Shown: piece after piece, positions 1 through 21,313 of the stretch
Numbering within the stretch: the stretch's first letter is position 1
Layout: each line of letters opens with the position of its first letter
Assembly (NCBI RefSeq): GCF_009914755.1
Contig: NC_060932.1
Reading direction: 5' to 3' (one strand)
DNA length: 64,000 nt
Source: the human T2T-CHM13v2.0 reference genome, Homo sapiens
The notes under the pieces: model-generated
What the model saw: the letters and a program-made list of their open reading frames with translations, nothing else
Database searches by the model: none
What the model was told of the DNA's origin: nothing
Made by a program: the position numbers and the translations under genes

Positions 1-5251
<5,251 letters not shown>

Positions 5252-5518
5252 CAGTTACTGTCCTCACTCCGGACCAGTACTACACTAGGTGCTGAGAATG
5301 GAATGATAAATACAGTCCCATATATGTTCATGAGAGGCTCATAGTCTAGTTGAGATGTGAATGAGGAAACAGATGATCCTGATTAATAGAAAATGTGCAT
5401 AAGAAATGTAAAACCACAGCGTGGGAGCCACTTACAAAGTCTGCAAGGAGCAAACCATTCTTGCCTGAGCATTTGAGGCTTGAGCTGAATAAAGGTTATC
5501 AGTTTAAAAGAGTGATGT

Positions 5519-7150
<1,632 letters not shown>

Positions 7151-7421
7151 CTTCGGCCCAGCACTCATGTTTTCCCCATCTTCCAAAGTTTTACTCAAAC
7201 ATTCCTCCCTCTGATAAGCCTTTGATGATGCCTGACTCCACTCCGTAAGACTGAACTTATTGTGCCTTTTCTGCTGTACTCCATAGTATTTTGCTCCAGC
7301 TTTTCTTAGATCACTCATAGTCTTTCACTTTTGTCTCCTTGGTATTTCAAGAGAATGTGAGGTGAAATAGAGGGAGCAAAGACTTCATTAAAATATAATT
7401 TGGGTCAGAATACAGTCCCCA

Positions 7422-7725
7422 GACTGGGCAGGGAGGCTCACACCTGTAACCCCAGCACTTTGGGAGGCTGAGGCAGGAGGATCGCTTGAGTACAGGAGTT
7501 CAAGACCAACCCGGGCAATATAGTGAGACCCCACATCTACCAAAAAAATGAGCAAAATTAGCCAGGCATGGTGGTGCATACCTATAGTCCCAGCTACATA
7601 GGAGGCTGAGGTGGGAAAATCACTTGAGCCTGGGGAGTTGAGGCTGCACTGAGCCAAGATCACACCACTGCACACCAGCCTAGGCTACAGAGTGGGATTC
7701 TGTCTCAAAAAGAAGAAAAAAAAAA
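7422..7725 (+). mobile_element. AluJ
   Basis: J diagnostics (ggatcgcttgag, gaggctgca, atagtgagacccc). TSD agaatacagtc at 7407-7417 and 7726-7736. Confidence 0.93.
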
Positions 7726-10700
7726 AGAATACAGTCTCCTTTTCTTATCATATGGAATATCTGAGACAATTTCATGAATTAACTCTTACTCATATGTTTC
7801 ATCCATTTTGTTAAGCACTTTACATTATCTGATTTTGTTCTCAGCACATCTTACCCTTGCATTTCATACTATTGCTATCTCCATTTATCAAATATGTAAG
7901 GTGAAGCTTAAGTAAATTTTCCAAATTGCTCTCATTAATGGCAGACTAGTTTCAAATGATTGTCTACAAAACACATTTGATGAAAATGTACCTACTAATG
8001 CTACTCAATTCACTTAATTACTTGGCATATCAGTATCTGTAAATTAAGGCTGATAATATTTATACTGTAGAGCTCTGATAGAGCAATGTAGGCTATAAAC
8101 ATATGGTATAGTTCAGCACTCTGTGCCTAGGAGGGGATAGTTCAACTCCACTCCATTCCAGCAGCCTTACTATTCCTCCTATTCCTCTAGGATAGCAAGC
8201 TCGATTCTTCCTTTGTAATTTTTGTTTCTTCTGAGTGCAATACTCTACCACTAACTCTTTCAGGCCGGGCCTCTATGAGTGAGCCATATCTCAGAAAACC
8301 TGCCATCTCATTATATAAGATCTTTTCAGATGACTGTAAGACAGAAGCCCATTTCCATGACTTTCTACGCACTTCAAAAAAATTCTTACTTGTTTTTTTC
8401 AACTCTTTTCACTGTGGTTATATATTTATTTGGTTATTCAGTTATGTATTTACTTGTTTGTTTATTATTTAGTATTAGTCAAGTAATTTATTTTTATTTT
8501 ACCCACCTTCTTTATCTCATAGATTATTTTACTTTTATTATAATGATTATCCTAGAGACTAAAACACAAGTGCTTTATTATAATAAAATATAAATTAATA
8601 ATTTTACTACTTTCCTGACAACACAAGGATCTTAAAAGAGTTCAATTAGCTTATGTCTTTCTCATTTTGGTTCCAGTTATTTAAATCTACAAATGATTAA
8701 AATTCCACATGATATTATTATTTTATTGTGCAGTTAATTTTCATCTATGTTTAACCATGTATTTACCATTTTCCTTGACTCTTTAATCTTGCAGAAAATA
8801 CACCTCATTTGATGTAGAGAAGACAAGTATAAATCAGCAGTTAAATATATAAAAGGAAGCTAAACAGAGAACAAATTAATATTTATCAACTCCCTGCTAC
8901 ATATAAAAATATATAGTTATAAATATATACAGTGTGTCTTTGTATATGGTATTAGCATCATCAGAGAAAAAAGTATAGCAAACAGCTAGCATTCAGTCCT
9001 AGAACTTTCTGATTTCAAACTCTGTACACTTTGATACCCAGCACTGCAACTAGATTTCTCATATAATTTATTTTTAACAGTTGTTGGCTTTTTATAAAAT
9101 GCTGCCTGTATGGAGGTGGAGGGAGTTAAGTGTTTCTTAGAATAGGGAGCCTTTTATTCTTGGAATCCTTTCTGACTGTTTATATTTTTCAGCACGTCTT
9201 AAAGGCCATCAAAATCATCACTTTAGTTATGCATCAATGATCATTTCATTAGATGAAGAGTTCTTTTTAAGGGAGAGATCACTGGATCACTGTAGTATTC
9301 TGAAGTTGCAGGCTTTCCATCCAATATCAGAAACTCTGAAGGTAGGTTAGTTGCAGCAAAGGATTGAGGATATATACAATATGACAAAAAACTGAAGAGG
9401 TTCTGAAGCATATTTTTTTCACAAGTGAAAAAAAAAAGATTGGCCTTCATTGGAAAATGATTCAGATTCAAGCTCAGCTAACTTACAGTGATTGTCTCTC
9501 ATAGTAGTGTAACTTGAAGTATTGAGTCTACTTTCACCTGAAGAATCACATGCTTCCATTATACCAATGATACTTCATGCCCACTCCTGGGATTGAATGA
9601 GCTGAGATTATTTCTCTGTACCACATTCAGTCGTGCCGCTGGATTCTTTTCTTTGATGCTGTAACTTCAGAACCACTGTGTCCCGTACATAAGTGCTGCC
9701 ACTTCCACTCGGATCTCATTAGCAGGGCAATATGAGGAAGCCCAAACATCCCTTTAGAGTTTAACTACCAATACCAAATCATCTGCATCAGATTTTATTG
9801 AAATTTAGACCCCAAATATGGGAAAGAAAAACAAAGGGGTTTAAATAAAATCTTGAAAAAATGTGCAAAATATTCTGAGTACTAATAATCTTCTCTTGAA
9901 TTACCTCAGCCCCTAAATTTACTCTTTGGGGACTTCCTCTTCTCCTCCTCCTAGAGAAAGAGCTCTTCATTCATCCCTACAGTTTAAATCTACGTGAATG
10001 TTAATAAACACATGCACACACAAACATGCCCAAACACACACAAGGGACTGACATTACCCCACATACTATCTCTCTCTTAGCCATAAAGCAATTTGTAGGT
10101 CACAGTACCCTGGCTGCACATTTTCCAATGTCAGAATTATAGAGTCTAGCTTCCCAGTTGGAGGAGATCAGGAGTATAGTACCAGAGACAATTTGATGCT
10201 TCAGGTCCAGCAGAAGAGTCCAAAGTGGGCTTTGACACTCCAAATTAAAGGTGTCCTCTAAGAATTCTTAGCTTGTATGAGGTAAAAGTACGTGCCTTCA
10301 TTCTCATGGAAAAGATCTGATAAGGCCAGTGAGTAATTAATATTCACAGCTTTCAGGAACAACCAGAATATTTCAGACTAGTAAATTCCAAGTCTGTTTT
10401 AATAAAAAAGTATTTTGCCTAATGGAAATACAATGGAATGGAATGTAGTCTGAAAATATTTCCCATGTTCTCAATAGAGATAAAATTGTTATGTGTAAGA
10501 GGAGCAAGAAAGAAGAGAAAGGAAAACAAAGTGGAAGAGACAAATAAAGGGGAGGATTCAGACACTAATGTATGAACTGATATAATAAAATTGAGAGAAG
10601 GGAGGCAGAGGGAACTAACTTTTATTAAGCAGTTACTATGTGCTCAGACCAGATGTGTTTATCAATATTTAATAACAGGTTTAGTATTCATTACAATCCT

Positions 10701-11025
10701 TTGTAGAAAGTAGTATAATTCTCATTTTATGTTAAAAGTTGTACTATGCATTTTGTGTGTGTATTTTGAGATCAGTTTTGATAATAAATTATACTCCTGT
10801 GGATTGCTTGTTTTCAGGGTGTGACCACCTAGTATATTCAGCATTTTGTAGATTTGGTTTGTTGAATTACCGTTGTTTATAAATCTTTAACTCCTATAAT
10901 TCAAGAATCTTCAGAAAATAGAATCTAGATCTGATAAGTACAGTACCTCATTAAGATGTAAAATATACATTCTCTGAAAGAAAGTAAAGAATTCTAATAA
11001 CATTGTTGTCCCATAACATCATTAA

Positions 11026-11343
<318 letters not shown>

Positions 11344-11531
11344 AAGGCATTGCTATTATTATTTTCAGGAAATGTTTGCATTTCAGCTAACAGTTCCACT
11401 AGGAGATGCTGATCCTCTTTGAAAAGAGAAATTCAGAAAATATTTACCATTTGTTACAGGGTGACTACTCTACAGAGATGCCAATCCCTCATCTGCTCCT
11501 TTTATTATTACTATTATTTAATGTAACTTAA

Positions 11532-14500
11532 TTTTTTTAAAAAAAGATTATTTCCATAGGTTTTTGGGAACAGGTGGTATTTGGTTACCTCAGTAAGTTC
11601 TTTAGTAGTGATTTGTGAGATTGTGGTGTACCCATCATCCAACCAGTATACAACAAACCCAATTTGTAGTCTTTTATCCCTCATCCCCCTCCTACCCTTT
11701 GCCCCTGAGTCCCCAAAGTCCACTGTGTCATTCTTATGCCTTGTACCTCATAGCTTAGCTCCCACTTATGAATGAGAACATACGATGTTTGGTTTTCCAT
11801 TCCTTAGTTACTTCTCTTAGAATAGTAGTCTCCAATCCCATCCACGTTGCTGCAAATGCCACTAATTTATTCCTTTTTATGGCTCAGTAATATTCCAACA
11901 TTATATATATATATATATGCATGTGCAAGTATATATAACATATATATATATATACATATACACACACACACATGCATGTGCAAGTATCTTTTATGTATAA
12001 TTACTTCTTTTTTTTCTGGGCAGATACCCAGTAGTGGAACTGCTGGATCAAATGGTAGTTCTACTTTTAGTTACTTAAGGAATCTCCACACTGTTTTCTG
12101 TAGTGGTTGTACTAGTTTACAGTCCCACCAGCAGTGTCGAAGTGTCCCCTTTTCACCACATCCAGGCCAACATCTCTTATTTTTCAATTTTTTGATTACT
12201 GCCATTCTTACAAGAGTAAGGTGGTATCACATTGTGGTTTTGATTTGCATTTCCCTGATCATTAGTGATTCTGAGCATTTTTTAATGTTTGTTGGCCATT
12301 TGTATTATCTTCTTTTGAGAATTGTCTATTCATGCCCTTAACCCACTTTTTTGATGGGAAATATGTGTTTTTTTCTTGTCAATTGGTCTGAGTTCGTTGT
12401 AGATTCTGGATGTTAGTCCTTTGTCAGATGTATAGATTGTGAAGATTTTCTCCAACTCTGTGGGTTGTCTTTTACTCTGCTGACTGTTCCTTTTGCCATG
12501 CAATAGCTCTTTAATTTAATTAAGTCCAGGCTATTTTTCTTTATTTTTATTGCATTTGCTTTTTGGTTCTTGGTCATGAAATCACTGCCTAAGCCAATGT
12601 CTAGAAGGATTTTTCCTGATGTTATCTTCTAGAATTTTATAGCTTCAGGTCTTAGATTTAAGTCCTTGTTCCATTTTGAGTTGATTTTTGTATAAGGTAA
12701 GAGATGAGGATCCAGTTTCATTATCCTACATGTGGCCTGCCAATTATTCAAGCACAATTTGTTGAATTGGGTGCATTTCCTCACTTTACGTTTTTGCTTG
12801 CTTTGTAAAAGATTGGTTGGCTGTAAGTATTTGAGCTTATTTCTGGATGCTCTATTTTGTTCCATTGGTCTATGTGCCTATCTTTATAACAGTACCATGC
12901 TGTTTTGGTTACTATGGCCTTATAGTATATCAGGTAATATGATGTCTCCAGATTTGTTCTTTCTGCTTAGTCTTGCTTTGGTTATGCAGGCTCCTTTTTG
13001 GCTCCATGTGAATTTTAGGATTTTTTTCCTAGTTCTGTGAAGAATAATGGTGGTATTTTGATGAGAATTGCATTGAATTTGTAGATTGCTTTTGGCAGTA
13101 TGGTCATTTTCACAATATTAATTCTATCCATCCATGAGCATGGGATGTATTTCCATTTGTTCATGTTGTCTATAATTTATTTCAGCACTGTTTTGTAGTT
13201 TTCCTTGTAGAGGTCTTTCACCTCCTTGGTTAGGTGTATTCCTAAGAATTTTTTTTTCAGCCATTGTAAAAGGAGTGAAGTTCTTGACTTGATTCTCAGC
13301 TTGGTTGCTGTTGATGTATAGGAGAGCTACTGATTTGCGTACATTAATTTTGTATCCTGCAACTTTGCTGAATTCTTTTATGAGTTCTAGGATATTTTTG
13401 GAGGAGTCTTTAGGATTTTTATTAATCATATTATCAGCAAACAGTGACAATTTGACTTCCTCTTTACCCATCTGGGTGCCCTTTATTTCTTTTTCTTGTC
13501 TGATTTCTCTCACTAGGACTTCCAGGACTATGTTGAATAGAATTGGTGAGAGAGGACATCCTTGTCTTGTTCCAGTTCTCAGAGGGAATGCTTTCAACTT
13601 TTCCTCATTCAGTATTATGTTGGCTGTGGGTTTGTCATAGATGGCCTTTATTACATTGAGGTATGTCCCTTGTATGTCGATTTTGCTGAGAGTTTTAATC
13701 ATAAAGAGATGCTGGATTTTGTCAAATGCTTCTTTTCTGTGTCTGTTGAGATGATCATGTGATTTTTGTTCTGAATTTTGTGTAGTGCATTACATTTATT
13801 GACTTGCATATGTTAAACCATCCCTGCATCCCTGGTATAAAACCCACTTGATCATGGTGGAGTATCTTTTGGATATGTTGTTGGATTTGGTTAGCTAGCA
13901 TTTTGTTAAGGATCTTTGCATCTATGTTCATCAGGGATATTGGTCTGTAGTTTTCTTTTTTGGTTATGTCCTTTCCCGGTTTTGGTATTAGGGTAATACC
14001 GGCTTCATAGAATGATTTATGGAGGATTCCCTCTTTCTCTGTCTTGTGAAATAGTGTCAATAGGATTCATACCAATTCTTCTTTGAATGTCTGGTAGAAT
14101 TAAGCTGTGAATCTGTCTAGTCCTGAACCTTTTTTGTTGGTAATTTTTTTATTACCATTTCAATCTTGCTGCTCTTTATTGGTATGTTCAGAGTATCTAA
14201 TTCTTCCTGATTTAAGCTAGGAGGGTTGTATTTTTTCTCAGGAATTTATCCGTCTCCTCTAGGTTTTCTAGTTTTTGTGTGTAAAGGTAGCCTTGAATGA
14301 TCTTTTGTATTTTTGTGGTGTCAGTTGTAATATCTCCCCCTTCATTTCTAATTGAGCTTATTTGGATTTTCTCTCTTCTTTTCTTGGTTAATCTTGCTAA
14401 TGGTCTATCAATTTTTTAAAATCTTTTCATAAAACCAGCCTTTTGTTTCATTTATCTTTTGTAATTTTTTTGTTTCCATTTCATTTGATTCTGCTGTGAT

Positions 14501-16675
14501 CTTTGTTATTTTCTTTCTTCTGCTGGGTTTGGGTTTGGTTTGTTCTTGTTACTCTAGTTCCTTGAGGTGTGACCTTAGATTGTCTACTCGTGCTCTTTCA
14601 GACTTTTTGATGTAGGCATTTAGGGCTATGAAGTTTCCTCTTAGCACCACCTTTGCTGTATCCCAGAGGTTTTAATTGGTTGTGTCACTACTGTTGTTCA
14701 GTTCAAAGAATTTTTTTAATTTTCATCTTGATTTCATGGTTAGCCAGATGATCATTCAGGAACAGGTTAATTTCCATGTATTTGCATGGTTTTGAAGATT
14801 CCTTTTGGAGTTGATTTCCAGTTCTATTATACTGTGGTCTGACAGAGTGCTTGATCAAATTTCAATTTTCTTAAATTCATTGAGACTTGTTTTATGATCC
14901 ATCATACAGTCTATCTTGGAGAAAGCTCCATGCATTGATGAATAGAATGCATATTCTGTGGTCGTTGTGTAGAATGTTCTGTAAATATCTGTTAAGTCCA
15001 TTTGTTCCAGGGTATAGTTTAAATCCATTGTTTCTTTGTTGACTTTCTGTTTTGATGACCTGTCTAGTGCTATCAGTGGAGTATTGAAGTCCCCCACTAT
15101 TATTGTGCAGCTGTCTCATTTCTTAGGTCTAGTAGTAATTGTTTTATAAATTTGGGAGTTCCAGTGTTAGGTGTATTATATATACATTTAGGATTGTTAT
15201 ATTTTCCTGTTGAACAAGGCCTTTTATCATTATATATTGCCCCTCTTTCTCTTTTTTAACTGCTGTTGCTTTAAAGTTTGTTTTGTCTGATACAAGAATA
15301 GCTACTCCTGCTTGTTTTTGGTGTCCATTTGCATGGAATGTCTTTTTCTATCCCTTTACCTTAAGTTTACATGAGTCCTTATATGTCAGATGAGTCTCTT
15401 AAAGGCAGCAGATACTTGGTTGGTGAACTCTTATCCATTCTGAAGGTCTGTAGCTTTTAAGCGGAGCATTTAGGCCATTTGCATTCAATCATTCAATGTT
15501 AGTACTGAGATGCAAGGTACTATTCCATTCATCATGCTATTTGTTGCCTGTATACCTTGTTTTTTATTTAATTACATTTTTGTTTCATAAGTCCTGTGAG
15601 ATTTCTGCTTTAAAGAGGTTCTGTTCTGGTGTGTTTCCAGCACTTTTTTCAAGATTTAGAGCTCCTTTTAGCAGTTCTTGTTGTGCTGCTTGGTAGTGGC
15701 AAATTCTCTCAGCATTTGTTTGTCTGAAAAAGACTGTATCTTTCCTTCATTTATGAAGCTTAGTTTCACTGGATACAAAATTCTTAGCTAAAAATTGTTT
15801 TGTTTAAGGAGGCTGAAGATAGGGCCCCAATCCCTTCTAGCTTGTAGAGTTTCTGCAGAGAAAGTTGTTGTTCATCTTACAGGTTTTCTTTTCTAGGTTA
15901 CCTGGTGCTTTTGCCTCACAGCTGTTAAATTCTTCCTTTATCTTGACTTTTTTTTTTTTTCCAGATGGAGTCAAATGCAGTAGCATGATCTTGGTTCACT
16001 GCAACCTCCACCTCTCAGGTTCAAGAGATTCTCCTGCCTCAGTGTCCCGAGCAGTTATGATTACAGGCACCTGCCACCATGCCCAGCTATTAGTAAAGAT
16101 GGGGTTTCACCATATTGGACAGGCCAGTCTCAAACTCATGACCTGAAGCGATCCACCCGCCTTGGCCTCCCAAAGTGCTGGGATTACAAGCATAAGCCAC
16201 TGCACCTCACCTTGCCTTGACTTTAGATAACCTGATTACAATGTGCCTAAATGATGATCATTTACAATGAATTTCCCAGTTGTTTTTTGAGCTTCTTGTA
16301 TTTGGATGTCTAGGTCTCTATCAAGGACAGAGATGTTTTCCTTGGTTATTTCCCCAAATATGTTTTTCAAACTTTTAGATTTCTCTTCTTCCTCAGGAAT
16401 GCCAATTATTCTTAGGTTTGGTCATTTAACATAATCCCAAACTTCTTGGAGACTCTGTTCATTTTTTCTTATTCTTTTTTTGTCTTTGTTGGATTGGGTT
16501 AATTCAAAAACCTTGTCTTCAGGCTCTGAAGTTCTTTCTTCTGCGTGCTCAATTCTATTGCTGAGACTTTCCAGAACATTTTGCATTTCTCTAAGTGCAT
16601 CCATTATTTCCTGAAGTTTTTATTGTTTTTTATTTGTACTATCTATTTCACTGAAGATTTTCCCCTCATTTCTTT
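11532..16675 (-). mobile_element. LINE-1, L1PB1-like, 5'-truncated within ORF1
   Basis: Antisense L1PB 3'UTR ('ttccataggtttttgggaacaggtgg...ccccaaagtccactgtgtcattcttatgcc'). Minus-strand ORFs 13124..13702 ([14 protein letters not shown]), 14855..15097 (endonuclease GDFNTPL) and 16422..16604 (ORF1 coiled coil, LQEVWDYVK). Confidence 0.95.
15948..16212 (-). mobile_element. AluS, internally deleted, inserted in the L1PB element
   Basis: Antisense Alu lacking most of the central A-rich linker and part of the 3' end. TSD cttgacttt. Confidence 0.88.
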
Positions 16676-16689
16676 TACCTTCTGTAAGA

Positions 16690-16850
16690 TGCCTTTCTGA
16701 ACATAGAAACTGGCAAAGATTTCATGACAAAGCTGCCCAAACAATCACGACAAAATCAATAATTGACAAACGGGAACAAATTAAATTTAAGAGCTTCTGC
16801 ATAGCAAAAGAAACTATCAACAGAATAAGCAACCACAGAATTGGAGAAGT
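16690..16850 (+). mobile_element. L1 ORF2 3' fragment (host piece, probably the same element as 18345-19150)
   Basis: 'ggcaaagatttcatgacaaag...aagagcttctgcatagcaaaagaaactatcaacaga' is L1 ORF2 sense sequence. Confidence 0.8.
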
Positions 16851-16851
16851 T

Positions 16852-18345
16852 TTAAGATGTAAGGAAGGGGTCCAGTTTCAATTTTCTGCATATGGCTAGC
16901 CAGTTCTCACAGTAATGTTTATTAAATAGGGAATCCTTTCCCCATTGCTTGTTTTTGTCAGGTTTGTTGAAGATCAGATGGTTGTAGATGTGCGGTCTTA
17001 TTTCTGAGTTATCTATTCTGTTCCATTGGTCTGTGTGTCTGTTTTTCTACTAGTACCATACTGTTTTAGTTATTGTAGCCTTTTAGTACAATTTGAAGTC
17101 CAGTAGCATGATGCCTCCAGCTTTGTTCTTTTTGCTTAGGATTGTCTTGGCCATACAAGTTCTTTTTTGGTTCCATATGAATTTTAAAATCGTTTCTTCT
17201 ATTTCTGTGAAGAATGTCAATGGAAGTTTAGTGGGAATAGCATTGAATCTATAAATTACTTTGGGCAGTATGGCCATTTTCATAATATGGATTCAACTGA
17301 AAAATGGGATCTAATTAAACTAAAAAGCTTCTGCACAGCAAAAGAAACTATCATCAGAGTGAACAAGCAACCTACAGAGTGGGAGAAAAATTTTGCAATC
17401 TATCCATCCAGCAAAGGTCTAATATCCAGAATCTACAAAGAGCTTAAACAAATTTATAAGAAAATAAAACAAACAACCCCATTAAAAAGTAGGCAAAGGA
17501 CATGAACAGACACTTCTGAAAAGAAGACGTTCATGAACAAGCATATGAACAACAAACATGTGAAGAAAAGCTTAACATCACTGATCATTAGAGAAACACA
17601 AATCAAAACCACAATGAGATGCCATCTCATGTCAGTCAGAAAGGCAATTATTAAAAAGTCAAGAAGCAACAGAAGCTGGCGAGGTTGTGGAGAAATAGGA
17701 ATGCTTTTGCACTGTTGGTGGGAATGTTAATTAGTTTAATCATTGTGGAAGATGACGTGGCAATTCCTCAAAGAGCTAGAACCAGAAATACCATTTGACC
17801 CAGCAATTCCAATACTGGGTATATACCCAAAGGAATACAAATCATTCTATTACAAAGATACATGCACAGATATGTTCATTGCAGCACTGTTCACAATAGC
17901 AAAGACATGGAATCAACCCAATTGCCCACCAATGATAGATTGGATAAAGAAAATGTGGTACATACACACCATGTAATACTGTGCAGCCATAAAATGGAAT
18001 GAGATCATGTCCTTTGCAGGGACATGGATGGAGCTAGCAGCCATTATCCTCAACAAACTAACACAGGAACAGAGAACCAAACACCATATATAAGTGGGAG
18101 CTGAGCAATGAGAACACATGGAAATAGGGAGGGAAACAACACACACTGGGGCCTGTTAGGGCATGGGGTGGAGAAAGGGAGAACATCAAGAAAAAGAGTT
18201 AATGCATGCTGGGCTTAATACCTAGGTGATAGGTTTGTAGGTGCATCAAGCCACCATGGCACACATTTACTTATGTAACAAACCTGCACATCCTGCACGT
18301 ATACCCTAGAACTTAAAATTAAAATTAAAAAATTAAAATAAAAAA
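16852..18345 (+). mobile_element. L1PA8-10-like element with 5' inversion (antisense 16852-17286, sense ~17290-18345)
   Basis: Minus ORF 17083..17283 ([15 protein letters not shown]) directly abuts plus ORFs 17287..17976 ([24 protein letters not shown]), followed by an L1PA 3'UTR and A-rich tail. Confidence 0.88.
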
Positions 18346-19150
18346 GAAATGCAAGTCAAAACCACAGTGAGATATTATCTCTCACAGGTCAAAAAAACTG
18401 TTACTAAAATGTCAAAAAATAACAGGTGTTGGAGAGATTGTGGTGAAAAAGTAATGTTTATATATTGTTGATGGGAGTGTAAATTAATTCAACCATTGTG
18501 GAAATCTGTGGGATGATTGCTCAGAGCTAAAAACAGAAATGCCATTCAAGCCAGCAATACCATTACTGGGCATATACCAAAAGGAATAGAAATCATTCTG
18601 TCATAAAGCCAGATGAATGTGTTTGTTCATTGCAGCACTATTCACAATAGCAAAGGCATGGAATCAACCTAATGTCCTAATCAACCTAAATGTCCACCAA
18701 TGGTATACTGGATAAAGAAAATGTGGTACATATACAAAATGGAACACTGTTCATGGAACGATATCATGTCATTTGCAGGAACATGGAGAGAGCTGGAGGC
18801 CATTATCTTTAGCAAACTAACGCAGGAACAGAGAACCAAATACTGCATGTTCTCATTTATGAGTGGGAGCTAAATGATGAGAACACATGGACACCAAGAG
18901 GGAAACAACAATTACTGGGGTATTCCTGAGGGTGGAAGGTGGGAAGTGGAAGAGGAATAAAAAAAAATTACTGTTGGGTACTAGGCTTAGTACCTGGGTG
19001 ATGAAATAATCTGTATAACAAACCCTTGTGACATGAGTTTTCTTATATAACAAACCTGCACATGTACCCGGAACCTAAAATAAAAGTTAAAAAACATAAA
19101 TAAAAATTAAAAACTAAAAATCACACGGGTTTTTCATAAAATTAAAAATA
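18345..19150 (+). mobile_element. L1PA15/16-like 3' end
   Basis: ORF2 C-terminal sequence, then 'gggtactaggcttagtacctgggtgatgaaataatctgta..acaaacc' and an A-rich tail. Confidence 0.88.
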
Positions 19151-19314
19151 AACATTGGAAGATGAGGAGCCTTGATTTGTCCCAGTTTTTCTCTTAGACA
19201 TTTCCTCTTAGAGACTTTTATTTAGAACTCAATTATATGATTTCCTGCATAACCACTTTTATGGTTTTATCTTTGGAGGAATATACCTTTGAATTCTCAG
19301 CTAATTTATTTTTA

Positions 19315-20092
<778 letters not shown>

Positions 20093-20198
20093 AATAGTAA
20101 TGCCTTGTTCCCATTCTTAAAGACTTGAGAGTAGATAGCTGTCTCAGACACATATTTTTTCCATCACTACAAAGTGCCTGGCAGTAGGCTGAAAAAAA

Positions 20199-20246
20199 AT
20201 ATATATATATACATACACACATATATATATATACACATATATATAT
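20199..20246. repeat. (TA)n/(CA)n microsatellite
   Basis: Directly visible. Confidence 0.9.
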
Positions 20247-20255
20247 GTCATTTTC

Positions 20256-21313
20256 ATATTAGTGTATAGCAGGCACTCACTAAGCATAGATGAGTTAAAG
20301 AGCATAATAAACACTCTCTATACACTTATAAAATTGATGTTGGATGATAGAATGAACATAAAGAGAGCAGGGAAATAAATACGTGGATGAGGGATAGATG
20401 GATAGATACATGGGTAAAGAGATAGTTGAATTAATAAAAGATGGGAAAATACGAATGAATTATTGAGTTTTCCAATAATTTCCATGGATTTCAATAACAC
20501 TTGTGAGGTGTGCCTGATATTTTTAAGTTTTTAAAACACATAGTAAAACGCTTGCAAAACTCATTTTCTCTAACTTTTCTCCTGTTATCAAAATAATGGG
20601 TGATTGCTCTGCTTTCTAAGACTTTTGCTCCAGTGCAACATCAATTAACAAGGATATCACATCATGTTTTGTTGTTTTGCCTTCAGTATTTTCAGTCTCC
20701 CTCAACTGTCTTCCTTTTTGCCTGTTCTAATAGTTCACTATGTCACTATCGGAGAAGACAATTCCCAATAAGTAATAATAACAATAACAGAAAATATTTT
20801 ACTAACAGGAGATAAAGTTGATTGAAAAAGTACCTTTCTTGAAATCAAACTTCAAATACTAAAAGTAGACATTTCAAAGCTAAGTAGCTACGTTGGGAAT
20901 ATAGACCATTTTTTAAAAGGGTCCATTATTAGGAATATCAAGATTTGGGTTTAAATTTGAAGCTGCCACTTACTATCTGTGGATTTTAAGGCAAGTTACT
21001 CAATAATTTTTAATTGCCTATGCTTAGGGGATTTTATTCCTACATTTGATAGTTGAGGGATAAATTAAGTTAAATAACTAATTTATGCAACATGTTCAGT
21101 TTAGTGCCAGGTATGTATTAAGCCTTGAATAGAAAGCAGCTGTTAATAGCTGCTTGCTTCCTTTGAAAAATCAATTTACAAATGGATATGATATTAGTGT
21201 ATAGCAGGCACTCACTAAGGAGAGTTGAGATAAAGTGCATAATAAATACTCTTTATATGCTTATAAAATTGATGTAGGATGATAGAATGAATATAAAGAC
21301 AGAAGGGAAATAA
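20256..21313. repeat. ~120-bp direct repeat pair (20256-20378 and 21191-21313)
   Basis: Both copies start atattagtgtatagcaggcactcactaag and continue to cttataaaattgatgt.ggatgatagaatgaa.ataaaga. Roughly 85% identical by eye. Confidence 0.92.
20930..21150 (+). mobile_element. MIR fragment
   Basis: 'tgccacttactatctgtgg...ggcaagttact' and 'gttcagtttagtgccaggt' match MIR core motifs. Confidence 0.6.
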
